Part shown: piece after piece, positions 24,003 to 37,639 of the stretch
Layout of the letters: every line of letters begins with the position of its first letter
Position numbering within the stretch: position 1 is the first letter of the stretch
NCBI GenBank assembly: GCA_964016885.1
Contig: OZ024743.1
Coordinates: 170,562,001 to 170,626,000 of the forward strand
Direction: 5' to 3'
Length of the DNA: 64,000 nt
DNA from: Eledone cirrhosa
Taxonomy: Eukaryota
Notes under the pieces: model-generated
What the model was told of the DNA's origin: nothing
The model's input: only the letters and a program-made list of their open reading frames with translations
Databases searched by the model: none
Position numbers and translations under genes: made by a program

Positions 24003-24645
24003 ATAATGAGAAGAACTCAACATAAGGGAGCTGTTAAAACAGCAAAATGCCGTCAATGACAGTGTCGGGTAAAATCTATCTCAAAAGCAGAAATCATAAC
24101 CACAGCTATCCACAGAGCCATCCGCAAAGAAGGGTTGGACATACAATTAGCAGACTCCAGCCCTTCACTGATACCTATCTAAAAGGCAATCCAGAGACAA
24201 CAACAACCAATGCTCGCTGACAAACTGCCCTATCTATGACACAGTATTTGCCAGCCGACACATGTGGTATATCGGATTGAATGCAGCAAATGTAAGGAGT
24301 TCTACATTGGTAGCACAACTCAACCACTCCACACCTGCATTAAAGAACACCTTGATAGATTTCGTGAAATACTACATTGGCATTTGACGTCATTCTTGTG
24401 AATAGTGAAACAACTATCAAAAAACACTTGAAAACAAAATTTAATCCCAAAGAGAGGAAATTGGAACATTATCCTCTGAAAGTCTTTAAACCCTGAAGAA
24501 GGGACTTTTAGGTCCCGAAATATTGGACAGAAAAAAGAACAAAAACAACAAAAAACAAAACAAACATTAGCAGGTAGCTTACTTTGTGTTACCTCATCTT
24601 ACATTCCATTTTGCATTGTTGAACCTGCTATCTCTTTCAACTTTA
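24003..24645 (+). mobile_element. Penelope-like element 3' end (GIY-YIG) with a hammerhead-like motif at 24491-24527
   Basis: HVVYRIECSKCKEFYIGSTTQPLHTCIKEHL, followed by CC-CTGAAGA-A-GGGAC TTTTAG GTCCC-GAAA-TATT-GG; (TA)n on both sides. Confidence 0.8.
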
Positions 24646-25544
24646 TATATATATATATATACACACACTCTCATACACACACACATACTAAAGGTCAAGA
24701 CTACAAGCAATTCATAATAATGGGTGTGATAGTTTTAAACACCTGTACTCTGTTACTTGACTTTGCTATCCACTTACAGCCACAAACTACCATCTCTCAT
24801 AAAACACATGGACATGCACTTTCACACACACACACATACACACAGATTCATGTAGATATCCTGAGTGTATCAGCTATCTTAGACTGATGAATAATCTGAC
24901 AAAGCAGTATCACAGCTGTTGACAGGCTTCCTGTTTACAACAGTTTTTTTGTTGGTGGGGAGAGAATGGCTCTTATTTTCAAGTATTTCAAGCTTTTCTC
25001 ACATATCTGTTTCATGAGAGTAGGAATAGGAGAAGGAGGAGAAAATATGGCATTTTTTGGCAGCTGACTTTCTCATGGTCTATATATCAATGTTATGGAC
25101 TCATAAAATGAGGATAGAGCAGTGAAATTAGAAATGAATGTGTGTGTGTTGTGACAGTGTGGTTAAAAGTTCACTTCACCACCTCATAGTTTAAGGTTTA
25201 ATCCACAATTTCTGGTGTCATAAAAAATCATATATAAAAGTTTTTAAAAAAATATATAAAAGTTTTTAAAAAAAGGAAAATTTTGAATGGTTTATTTCAT
25301 CCTTTGCATATTTTCTGGGCTTCAAAATCATTTAAAATTTTGATATTACAATGCTTTCAAACTCATTCACACATACCATCATTAATGTCTATTTTCCATT
25401 TTTCCACGTGCTGTGGCTAGACAGGTTAGGTAATTATGTCTTGCTCATATGCCTCATTTTGGGCTTGGTTTCTACAACACAATTCCCTCCCTAATGCCAA
25501 CCACTTTACAGTGTGGACTGGGTGTGTGTGTACATATATATTAT

Positions 25545-27772
25545 AGGCATGGGAAAAATTGGAAGAACAGAGGAAACAGGGTACATTAAATAGAGGCCAT
25601 GATGGAAGCTAGGTGACAAGAGTACTTTGCAAGGAGAGAAGCAGAAAATAAAAAATTCAAGCATGTTTTGCAGAATTACCAGAATCATGTGGATTACTAG
25701 TGCAGTTACCCTCACAGATGGTGAAAAGAAAGTAGCATGGAAGCACCATTATGAAAGGTTACTGAATGAGGAGAATGCGTGGTAGAAAGAGAGTCCAGCC
25801 ATACAAGTGAGCAGCCATATATAGTAAGACAACTAAGGATATGAAGACTGGGAAAGCAGCCAGTCCATTGGGGATAGTTTCCTGGATGCTGAAAGCATCT
25901 GGGTCAATGGGTCATACCTTAACCACTCCTATTGTAAACCAAGTAATACTGAATGGTGTCATACCGAATAATTGGCACAGCAGCATTATTGTCAACTGCT
26001 ACAAGGGTAAAGGAGATGCACTAGATAGAGGTATCAAGTTGATGGACCAGGTAATGAAAGTATCAGCTGATTAGGGATCGGGTTAATCTAGATGAGATGC
26101 AGTTTGGATTTGTGCTAGGTAAAAGAACCACAGATGCTCTCTTTCTTGTGAAGCAGCTACAGCAGAAGTACCTAACTAAAAGTAAACTGCTCTACCTGGC
26201 ATTTGTTGATCTGGAAAAAGCTTTTGACAGAGTCCCTGTTCCATAATCTGGGGGGCTCTTAGAAAACTAGGAGTAGTGGCTTGTGAAGGCTGTACAAGCC
26301 ATGTATAGGGAAGTAGTCAACAAAGTTAGTATTAACAACTACTATTGCGAGGAATTTGGCATGCAGGTTGGCGTCCACCAGGGCTCCGTTGTTAGTTCTC
26401 TCCTGTTTATTATTGTACTACAGGCTATAACAGAGGAGTTTAAGACAAGCTGCCCATGGGAATTCCTTTACATGGATGATTTTACATTCATAGCAGGAGT
26501 CTATGGCAGAATTAGAAAAGAAATTCCAAACCTGGAAGCATGGCCTAGAATCAAAGGGTCTTAAAGTCAACCTGACAAAGTCTAAGGTCTAGTAAGTAGG
26601 AGGGAAAACAGAGCCCTGATCCCCTCCAGAAAATGGCCTTTCTCAATGAGTAAGAAAGGTGTAGGTAGAAATTCTATCTTCTGTCCCAAATGCAAACTAT
26701 GGGCACACAAGAGATGTAGTAGGATCTCAGGTAGTTTAGCTAAAATTGTAGGCTTTACATGTAGCTGTTGCACAGGAGCAGTAAGCAGCAAATGATCACA
26801 GGAAACAAGTGCTATCAAATTCTGGGAAAGTTCAGTAGAAGCAGTAGACAGCTCTGCTACCTGGGTGACCAAATTAGCAGCGTGGTTGGGTGTTCCAAAA
26901 GTACAGTAGCCAAGGTGAGATCAAGTCCAGGGGAAGAAGTTCGGGCAGCTACTACCACTGTTAGCTACAAAAGGTTTTCCCCTCAAAATGAAAAGCAGAC
27001 TGTATGATGCATGCATATGAACAGCAATGGTACATGGTAGTGAGACATGAGCACTGTGTGCAGAGGATTTGCGAATATTGGAAAGAAATGAAGCTTGCAT
27101 GCTCTGATGGATGTGTAATAGTAATATACGGGAACAGCAAAGTATAAACGAACTGAGAGAGAAACTAGGCATAAGAGGAATCAGATGCAGTGTGCAGGAA
27201 AGGAGATTGCATTGGTATGGACATGTGATGCATATGAAAGATTGATGGAAGCCATGGAGTAGGAAGACCCAGTAAGACTTGGGGTGAGTTGATAAAAGCT
27301 GACCTTATACAATTGCACCTCTCAAAGGGCCGAGATCGCTGGTGCTATGCAGTAATACAGAAGACCTGCCTCTCCAGAGCACAGGCTGAAGCACACATAC
27401 AGTATGCACCACCTTCACCTCCACCCCACCCTTTTCCATGAGCACAGGCTGAAGCATACTTCTAGTGTGCACCACCTTCACCTCCAACCCCTTCTATTTA
27501 CCCCCTAATGTCCTAACACTCCAGCCCTCCCACCAAAGCACCCAGCCCACACTGTGGTTGTGGTGGGAACACGACAAAAAGCACCCAGTCCTCATTGCAA
27601 ATTTGGTTGGCGTTAGGAAAGGAATCTAGCTGTAGAAATGAAGCCAAAAGCAGTTCTGTGTGAGCAATGCATGGCCACCTGACTTGGCATTTCTCACAAC
27701 AGGACAACTCGTCTAACTTATACTAGCATGGAAAAATGGATGTTAAACAGTGATGATGTTGATGATGATGAT
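25545..27772 (+). mobile_element. RTE LINE, 5'-truncated, degenerate
   Basis: Colinear with 3170-5430; RT motifs and (GAT)n tail. Confidence 0.9.
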
Positions 27773-27834
27773 ATTATAGAAATGATCTCCACAGGACTAA
27801 CAATTTTTAATTTGGAAAACTATCCTTAATTAGA

Positions 27835-28120
27835 GAAGCCATTTACAGAGAAGCTGTCAGCAAAGTGAGTTTAGTGAGGAATTCAAGTTACAAGTAGGAG
27901 TTCATCAAGGTTCAGTTCTTAGCCCACTATTATTCATCTTTATGCAGAAATCTATTAAATAACTAGAAAATAAGTTCCGACTATGGAAACGGAATTTGGA
28001 ATCAAAGGGTCTGAGAGTAAACTTGGCCAAAACTAAAGTGTTAGTGAGTAGATAGGCCCCTTATTCCTTCAGTGAAGTGGTGCTGCTCAATATGTAGAAA
28101 GGGGGTAGGCATAAACTCTT
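27835..28120 (+). mobile_element. RTE RT fragment
   Basis: VGVHQGSVLSPLLF, KTKVL and CSICRKGVG motifs. Confidence 0.75.
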
Positions 28121-28484
28121 TCAAACAACTTTCAAACTTAATAAGGGAATTTACTGTCCTTATCATAAGCCAGAAGAGGATGAAGTATGATCTGAAATTC
28201 ATATCTATGTTATTAATAACGATGTATTTTCCAACAACAGCTCATTCAAAATAATTGTAAGAGATTAAAAACAATCATTTAATGAAAGAAGATTGACTCT
28301 CCATTGATACTTTTGCATATGTACACTCTGCTTGTTCTTAAATGTATGACTACTATTCCACACTAATATCTGCTTCTTCTCCAAACCGTTATATACATTA
28401 TATAAGCATTAAGCTATTCCTTTCTCTGTGAAGCTGGCAATTATATTCTATAAGTCTATTTCTCTACTCTCTTTTGAAAATTGA

Positions 28485-29235
28485 TTGGGGGGTAGGGAGC
28501 TGCGGACAAGAAGGGTGCAGGGATTACGTGCGTGTTTGAAGGAGAGGAGTGGTAGGCATGGGAAGATGTGGGAGGTGGAGGGGTCGGACTGGAGGTGGAG
28601 GATGGTGCGGTGGAGGGGTGGTAGGTGATGGGGAAGGGGAGACGGTGGGTGTGCGGTGGTGTGGGGTGAGGGTGGTGGAGCGGTGGACAGCACGGGCGCG
28701 AGTGAGGCGGTGTGGACGAGGGAGGAGGGGGGAACCTCTGCGGATGAAATGGCTGACTAGTGAAAAGGCCTGCGACTCAAAGTCAGCATCTTGGCTGCAG
28801 AGGCGGCGAATCCTGAGGAGTTGGGAGTAGGGAATAGAGTGTTTAGTGTGTGTAGGAGTCGATGGCGATGGAGACGTCTAAGAAGTGGATGTGGGTGGTG
28901 GAGATAGAGGTGGTGAAGTGGAGGGAGGGGTCGAAGGAGCAGAAGAAGGAGAGAAAGGAGTCAAGCTGTTCTCGGGTGAGGGTTGTGGCTCCAATACAGT
29001 CGTCGATGTAACGACCATACAGTTCGGGCGTGGGTCCGGTGTACTGGGCAAACATTTGGGCCTCAACATGGCCAACGAAAAGGTTGGCATAGTTTGGGCC
29101 CATTCTTGTGCCCACGGCCTGTTGACCATGGCTCTGTGACCTGTTGATAAAACTCACCCGAGAAGGGGAAACAGTTGAGGGTGAGGACCAGCTCGGCGAG
29201 GCGAAGGAGGGTGGGGGTGGAGGGGATGGGGATAT
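28485..29235 (-). mobile_element. Penelope-like RT fragment (GC-rich family)
   Basis: LAELVLTLNCF..FYQQV, GTRMGPNYANLFVG, YGRYIDD, FLDV and SIPYSQ.LRIRRLCS motifs. Confidence 0.85.
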
Positions 29236-30121
29236 ATATTAGTAGAGGTACCCAGGAATGAAAGTAGTCCTTATATATGTTCAATTGAGATACATGAAAT
29301 CAATTCTGAATTCATTATACAAAAATAATAAAAAATGAAATTACAAAATATATCACTTTTATGAGGGGAGATAAATTCTATCACATAATTTGAAGGAAAT
29401 TAAGTGAGAACTTCTGGGTAAACAACATTCTTTGTTTTCTGGTTTGGAGCATATGGAAATAAGCTTTGTAAACTACCCACCCTGGAGTATTATGTAAGGT
29501 GGCAACATCTGAAGAGCTTGTAGGCAGCAAGAACTTTCTATTCTTTGGCATCTTTTTTAAAAGCTAAAATGTGGATTAAATGAGCTGAGTGAACATTATA
29601 TGAATACCTTCGCCAGGGAGATATAATCAATGACAAAGCTTACCTCATTTAAGTTGTCATTGTAAACGGAAGGCTAGCATCATTGGAGCTCAGTGTGTTA
29701 TTGTGCTTATTAATATCACCTCACTTTGACAACACCGAGTAGCTCTGTGTCATTTTGTGGTAAAGTGCATTTGTGTTGTAGTTAGTATCAGCTAACTTTG
29801 CTTAACTTTCTAAGACTGATGTAAAATGACTTATAAAAACTAATGTAATGTGGCTGAAGTTCAACTGATACTTTATTCTCACAATGTTGTGCTTTTATAT
29901 CTTTTAAGAGGGTCCTAGACTCTTCTGGAACACAAACGATCATTCCTGAAAAATACTAACTTTGTGAAATTCACATACATTTGTTTTGGAATCACAAAGC
30001 ATGATTTTTCATGAGGAAATATGAAGAAAAAGTGGGTTGAAAATATTTTTGAAAATGGTTATTAATAGGCATTGTGGAATAGACATACAAATACACAGAC
30101 ATTTGCAAATATTATATAGAT

Positions 30122-30900
30122 AACTAGCTGAATTACCCGGTATCACCCAGGTTAGTGCTGTTCTTATTCAGATTAGTAAACAATAAAAATGAAGATATGG
30201 TTTTTTTTCTCATAATTATTTCAAAATATCTATATTTTATTTTTTAAATATCAAAATTGTAATGATAATAGAATTTAGAAATGAAAATCTGTCAATCTTG
30301 AAGCACCTTAGGGTAAACAATATTCATTGTGTAATTTTTTTTTGGTGTCCAAATGAATAAATTGTTGCTACACACTCACACACATACACTTTCATATACA
30401 TATACTAAGACAGACATACATTCATGCAGACACACGCATAGCTTTTTACCTCATTTTTGGTCAGTTGCTACATATGTGTAGATGTGTGTGTGTATTTATC
30501 AGTATCTTACAGACACATACATATTCATATACATTGGTGTGTTGTTTTCTATTGTTTTAATGCAAATGAAAATAAAAATGATCACACATACATACAGTCA
30601 CATACACACATACACTCACAAACACATACACTCACATACATATACTAAGACAGATATACATTCATGCACACCTGTCTGTAATCACATATGTATCTGTATG
30701 TGTAGATGTGTGTGTGTGTGTGTTTAATTGTCTGTGTGTGAAGATAATGTGTATGCAACTTACTAACTCGCAAACACACACACACTCACAGACACATACA
30801 CACACATATACAAAATTTGATTTGATTTGGCCCAGCCGTTTGAGAATGCATAGGCACAGACAGACAGACAGAAAAAGAATGTTATATATATAGAAATATA
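30122..30900 (+). mobile_element. Helentron-associated (DINE-1/HINE-like) non-autonomous element with internal CA-rich tandem repeats
   Basis: Starts ACTAGCTG..CCCGG..CCCAGG and ends CCCAGCCGTTT..CAGACAGACAG..TATATATAG; internal ~240-bp duplication. Confidence 0.5.
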
Positions 30901-31284
30901 TACATGTATGTGTGTATATATATTATGCACATATGTAGATAACAACTATATATGTAGATAAAATCCCTACATTCTCTTGATATATATAAGAAGGTCGTTA
31001 ACCATGGGTATATATATGAAGCCCCTTCCCTAATTATTTAGGATATATAGACCCCCCCCCCACTATATGTTGTTATAGTCTCTTTTCCTCCAATGGGTCC
31101 CTGTGCTCTTCCTATTATCCCTTTTCATTCTAGGTGCCACCACGATCAAATGTTTAATGGGAATATGTTGTGTGGTACGACAGGTGTGTCGATGTGTTGG
31201 TGTTCATTCATGTCTTCTTTTGGTCATGTCTTTGTGTGAAATATTCAGCCTTGTCAAACACTGTGTCTTGCTGAATCTCCCTCC

Positions 31285-31815
31285 ATCATCATCATCATTT
31301 CCGTTTAACGTCACTTTTTCCACGCTTGCATGGGTTAGATAGGTCGTCCATGCCAAGAGGCAAGTCAGGCCAGGGTTGGCCACGTGTTGCACCTTGCTCC
31401 GGCGAGGACTATAAATTTGTATGGAACTGGACGGCTCTGTTATGAGGAGGAACAGGCCAGTTGGCTGCGTCAAACCCATCTCACAACAGGACCATGTTTT
31501 CGGAGCCCAAGCCATCACACAATGGGGACTGTAGTTTTGGAGCCTGGTACTGGATGACACCACTATGAGTAGAGACAGGTTCAGAACCAGAGTTTGGGAG
31601 CCTGGCGTTGGATGGCACCACTATGCAAAGGGACCAGTGATACCACTATGAGGAACGACAGGCCAGTTGGCCATGCCGAACCCTTCTCACAGCAGTACCC
31701 CAGTTTTGAAGCCGGGAACTCTCCACACGATGGACACTTCTCAATATGAAACTGGACTCTGGCAGCCTGGGACTGGATGGCACAGCTATGAGAAGGGACA
31801 GTGGCACTCTCCATT
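31285..31815 (-). repeat. RTE-tail element with internal GGATGGCACCACTATGAGG array (sister copy 43430-44125)
   Basis: (CAT)n and RTE tail, then repeated GGCACCACTATGAG..GGCCAGTTGGCCATGCCGAACCC units. Confidence 0.65.
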
Positions 31816-31994
31816 CAATAAGAAACTGGATAACGACATGTGACTCTGGGCATTTGATCGTGACCTTGTTTATTAGTGGTATTACTTACTAGTGAACAGT
31901 ATTTGGTCCTATGGGATGGGGGCTATTTGTGGTGCACGTATCTATGTTAAAGAGTTAGTGGTGCAAAAATTACCTGTAGAAGTAGTCATGATCA

Positions 31995-32280
31995 TGTGTA
32001 TAGAGAATGAATGGAATTAAGATGCCCCACATCGATCCAACAGAAGGACCAGCTGTGCAAGTTAATGGTAGTGTAGTAAGTAAGGCAATCAAAGATATGA
32101 AGACAGGCAAGGCAGCTGGGCCTTCGGAGATAGTTACTGAGATGTGTGAAAGCATCTGGAATGGTGGGACATACTATGGTCACCTGGATAGTAAACCAAG
32201 TAATACAGAATGGGGTCAACTGTTACAATGGCAAAGGAGACGCCCTGGAAACTATAGGGGCATTAAACTCCTGGAAAAAC
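31995..32280 (+). mobile_element. RTE fragment
   Basis: DPTEGPAVQV..KAIKDMKTGKAAGPS and NYRGIKLLE motifs. Confidence 0.75.
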
Positions 32281-33059
32281 TACATATAGAGTTTGTTTCG
32301 CCAAAAATGTGTGTCTGTGTCAGATAACCCTGGGGCTTTTCAACAGGAGTAAGGGAAATATGAACAGCACACCTAGAGATAATTTAGGTAACTAAATATC
32401 GCCCATGGTGTATATAGTAAGAGAACAAGTAACCCAATGTGCGACAGACAGCCCATAGTGGCATGAGTGGATTCTAAAACGGCTAGAAAGAGCAGCCTAA
32501 AGCCACTCAACTTCAAAAGTTCAACAAAAAATGAGAGAAAACGTTAGGAGCCAAAATAAAAATGAAAAATGGAGTTAAAAACTTGCGTTAATACCCTGTA
32601 ATTAATGAGCTCAAAGTATAAAAACTAGGATCGTTATAATATATAGAAATAAACACGAAGAACTGTTTAGAATTACATGGGTTGAATAACTACTTTGGTG
32701 CAATGCATATAACCTACATACATATAGGGGTGTGGTAGTGCATAGGTACTGTAGTTACATTTAGAAACTGACATACTCCTTTCCCATTGGACTGAGCTAA
32801 GGTGGTGAGTGTGGGGCGGGGGGGTATTTAGGAGATTCAAAGGTTATATGCGTCAATCATAGAGAAATAATGGAAAGATTAATATTATATTTTTTAAGAA
32901 TACAGAAAGTTAGTTTGTTTCTACTTTTTGTTTAAGAATAAAAGATTTAGTTGCTCATGTTAATTTTTCATTCTCTTCAACACTAATTTGTAAAAGACAG
33001 GTTGCCTCAAGCTATATATACTGTCTTACACAGCAATGGCTAAGGGGGTGATGGTACTC

Positions 33060-34010
33060 AGGGGGTTACTGTTTTTCACAGTAATGCTGTTTTTTATAAG
33101 TGTTCCATCCATATTGCAATCCCTATTTGTTTAATGTACTTCTCAAGATCTCTACTCACTGTTCTCAAAACTCCAACTATTATTGGTATTACCACCACCT
33201 TTTACAGTGACCACAATTGCTTAACCTCCCAAGCTAACCTGCTAATTTTTTTATCACATACCTTGTTAGCAGCTGGACAGACTATATCTATGATCCAACA
33301 CTGTTTGCTTTCTTTCTCAGTCCTTCAGTCTCCAATTTCAGTCAAGAGGATGCCAACCACTGACGGGTTAAAGTTTGTCAGCTCTTGTTAGCTCTTTCTG
33401 GGTATTTTCCATACAGAGGCTTTTCTTGCCATTTCTTAACCAGTTTCTGTAGCAGTTCTTTCTTTGCAGTTACTTTTACCAGTTTTGCTTTTTCTATGTT
33501 TTTCATTTCAGCAGTAAAGGGAACTTCTGAAATCTGTAGTTCATTATTGTATCTATGTGCATCTTTTGTAATGGGGTATGATCTTTTGATGCTTTCATCA
33601 TCTGATCATGTGATTCGCTTACATATGTAGATAATCCAATTGTTGCAGTTTTCAAAGAAATATCAAACAGGATTAATCCACATCCTCCTTCTTTCCTAGG
33701 GGGATATATTCTATCTGCTTTAGGATGATGCATTCTGTGCATGGTTAAGAATTTTCCAATTTTTGTATTGAGTTTATGAATTTCTATGCTTGACCAGTTG
33801 ATGACGTTGAAACTGTAAGTTACTACTGGTATGGCAAGTGTGTTTATGGTATCAATGCTATTCCTTGCATTCAACTCCGTTCTTAAAATTGCTCTTACTC
33901 TGCGATAACATTCCCTCATTGTTGAGTGCTTGATTCCGTCTCCTTCACAAACACCTAGATATTTATAAGTTTCTTCTTGATCAAGTTCTCTTATCACATT
34001 CCCCTGATCA
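33060..34010 (-). mobile_element. R4/Dong-like retrotransposon fragments
   Basis: YKYLGV..RRVRAILRTELNARN..INTLAIPVVTYSF..HPKAD..PRKEGG.GL. Confidence 0.7.
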
Positions 34011-34045
34011 GGATTAATGTCTGAACTTTTCAGCAGCTTTCTTCA

Positions 34046-34976
34046 TTATAGAGGACTAGTAGAGGGGAAGAGCGACGACCCTCTCAAGGAGACCCTTGGC
34101 ATCGAAGACGATCAGCTGTTCACTTTGTTCAAGAGAACTTTCAGCCCAGGACCTATGGACAACTTCCAGAAATCCCTGGCCTGGCAGTGCTACCAGGAAG
34201 CTTTGCCGGTTGAGGATAAGCTCTACAAGCACGGAAGTGCCGTCAGCCGAACCTGTCTGAAATGCGCACAGGGCGACGAAACTGTTGTGCATGCACTCGT
34301 TCAGTGTCCGAGCATTGCTGACTTGTCGAGCTCTGTCGAACATTTGCTGTCACATGTTCCTACAAGATCTGGTTATCAACTGAGTCCATTGTGCAGATAG
34401 CCCCGCCATCCTCCTTTAAAGAGGAGGAAGGGCAGGCAGTTTTCATCTGCCTGATGGTCATGGCGAAAGAGTTTGTATGGTGGACAAGGTTGAAAGGGTT
34501 GAAGATGGACACTTTCCTCTTCGGCGAATCCCTGATTAACTTTTTCAAGTTTCACTTGAAGAGGAAAATTAGGGTGGAGAGGCAAGTGCTGTCTTCTAGT
34601 AAGTTTGTTGAATGGTGGGTGAAAGTGGCGAGTTTGGTCCGAGTGAACGGGCTCACTCTGAGTATGTGCCTGTAGACTTAGGAGTGGGAGAACTGAGAGA
34701 GGGTGCTTGCCCTGGTGCTTGCCCTGGTGGTCAGGGTGGCCATGCTTGATTCACTCGTGGTGAAAATCACACAAAAGTGTGATTTTCACCACGAGTGACC
34801 ATCAGAGATTTCCCACTTTTGGGGAAATTTTTGTCGTTTGAATTTTTTTTTAATTTGTTTTTACACATTTCTATCTTCTTGTTATAACCTTTTTTACACA
34901 GCCAAAACCCACTTTATATCGTCCTGTACTGTTCTATGCCATCTGTAATGTTAGCCCTTGTGGTCAATAAAGAAAC

Positions 34977-34980
<4 letters not shown>
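34046..34980 (+). mobile_element. Tx1/L1-clade LINE 3' fragment with 3'UTR and AATAAA
   Basis: Homologous to 15845-16570; ends GTGGTCAATAAAGAAAC before (ATT)n. Confidence 0.78.
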
Positions 34981-35010
<30 letters not shown>

Positions 35011-35205
35011 GTGGATTAGCAGTATCAGTAGAGGGTCAGACGCCATGCTTTTCAGCATAGAGTTACGGCCCCGTATGGTCTGAGTTCAAATCCCACCGAG
35101 GTTAACTTTGCCTTTCATCCTTACGGGGTTGATAAAATAAAATACCAGTAATACACTGGGATAATTGCTGGCCTTGTGCCTGTAGTAGAAACAATTGTTA
35201 TTATT
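35011..35205 (+). mobile_element. SINE (Meta-core family)
   Basis: Matches 7545-7740. Confidence 0.8.
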
Positions 35206-35787
35206 AATATAGACTGGCTGTATAATGCCAGCATGTCAAGTGCAATGTTGCATGGTAGTGACACATGGGTAGCTAATGCAGAGGATATGAAAAGGCTGGA
35301 GAGAAATGAAGCAACCATGGTTCGATGGATGTGTGATGTTAGTGTACATGAACAACAACAAAACATGGATGTAGTGTACAAGAGAGAAACTGTGCTAGTC
35401 ATATGGTCCGTATGGATGATGATTGTTAGGGGAAGAAATCCAAGACGGAAGCTGCAGTAGAGAAAGGCTTAGGCAGAGGGTATGAGAGCTAACTCTAAAT
35501 TGGTAAATCTCACAAGAGATATTAAGGAAACACAATGAGTGGAGGGAAGACCTGCCCAACCTATGCAAGTATAGAAAAACGGGCATACAATAAGGATGAT
35601 TAGAGTTATTATTGGCTGAATTGTTAGTGCAACTCATAAAATACCTCATGATATTTAATTACAATCCTTTATGTTCTGAATTCAAATCCAACCAACTTTG
35701 GCTTTCATCAGGCACTGGGGTTGATATAGTCAATTGTTTCCTCTCCAAAACTGAGGCCATGTGTCAATGTTAGAAGTCATTATTATT

Positions 35788-35970
35788 GGCAGTATCGGTA
35801 GAGGGTCAGACAACATGCTTTGCAGCATGGAGTTACGGCCCCTTACGGTCTGAGTTCAAATCCCACCGAGGTTAACTTTACCTTTCATCCTTACAGGGGT
35901 CGGTGAAATAAAGTACCAGTAATGCACTGGGATAATTGCTGGCCTTGTGCCAAAAGTAGAAAGAATTATT
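35788..35970 (+). mobile_element. SINE (Meta-core family), preceded by a degraded copy from ~35640
   Basis: Matches 7545-7740. Confidence 0.8.
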
Positions 35971-37098
35971 AACAAGTGATCAGATAAATGACAAGTGACC
36001 ATAATTCTTTCATTGAAATACACTGCCTATCTGTTTCAATAAACTTTTAAGATAATTTTTAAAAAATGGAAGGTTTTAGTAATATAACTAACTTTTTCGT
36101 TATTAAGCTGATAATTGGAGCATAAATTATGATGGAAGATTTTTAGGTAAATATAAACATTTAAATATATATATATATTGTTAATGATTACAGAAAATAT
36201 GGAAGAAAATTATTGTAATTGATTTAGATAAATATACACTGAAATATGGCTGCAGCTGGAGTGATAATAAGAAACTCAAGGATTCAGATATCTGCATGGA
36301 ATGTTGTAATTTAGGAACTATTTAATTAAATATTATATAAACAGCTTTGTGTCATATAGCCAGAAGTGGTTTCGGGTGGCTTGGTATCAAGAAGGTTAAC
36401 TCTGCTGACACAGATACTTTCTCAACTAAATAATCTGAATGAAAAGCAATTCATCTCAGCTTTGTCACAAAAAGCAAAAGACACTGAATTGAAAGAGGGC
36501 TTGTAGCCCAAAACATCAATTTTCTCTCCACCCCATGATGAATGGTTGTGTGATTAAGAAATTCATTTGGAACTACTTGGTTTGTGTTTGGTCATACCAC
36601 TGCACAGCACCTTACACAAGTGTCTTCTACCATAGCCTTGACTCAACCAAAGCCTAAAGAATTAAATTTGGTAGATGGAAAACTGTGTGAAACTGTTCCT
36701 TCTCTTAAGTGGAACATATATTTATATGTTTATATAAATATATATTGATGCAAACACAAAGTCTACTTTTTAGGCTAACATTTTCCACTGCCCGCTCTTG
36801 CACATGTTCTGTTACACAAAGTGGGTAGTTGTCTTGTGATGGGTGGGTTTTATTATATTGATTTCTATATATAATTTTTTTTTGTGTGTGCTTATATATG
36901 TATACACATGGACACATTACTATATGTATAATAAATCTATACATGAGTGTGTGTATGTATCTGTATGTATAAGCACATACATTTTAACACAGAAGACTCA
37001 TTTTCTGTTTTTAGTTCAAGGGCCTCTTTTTTCAACCATCTACATTTCATTTTGAAATTTATATTTTAAAACTCCCTTATTTCTTTCATAACTGATAT

Positions 37099-37161
<63 letters not shown>

Positions 37162-37243
37162 ATAATAATAAAATTGAAGACTAAAATCCAAAGAGGGCTC
37201 GATAAGGAAAATATATATCAAATATATAAGAACCGTAGAGCAA

Positions 37244-37395
37244 ATATTTATTAAAATAACAGATTAAAGTTTAAGCAAAGAATCGCTGCTTTCACCCTTA
37301 ACGGGATCTTCTGAAACTCCCGTTTCAGAAGATCCCGTTAAGGGTGAAAGCAGCGATTCTTTGCTTAAACTTTAATCTGTTATTTTAATAAATAT
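37244..37395. repeat. Perfect palindrome (74-bp arms, 4-nt loop) of the 1-412 family
   Basis: 37244-37317 is the exact reverse complement of 37322-37395. Confidence 0.92.
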
Positions 37396-37639
37396 ATATA
37401 TATATATAGTAAAAAATTGAACGGGAACAAAACAGAGAGGCAGTACGAACAAAGGTTTATTAGTTTCACGCTCTTGAGAGTGGGGTATAATATCAGTTAT
37501 GAAAGAAATAAGGGGGAAGTGAGTTTTAAAATATAAATTTCAGAATGAAATGTAGATGGTTGAAAAAAGAGGAAGTGAGTTTTAAAATATAAATTTTATA
37601 AAGTGAGTTTTAAAATATAAATTTTAATATATATATAAG

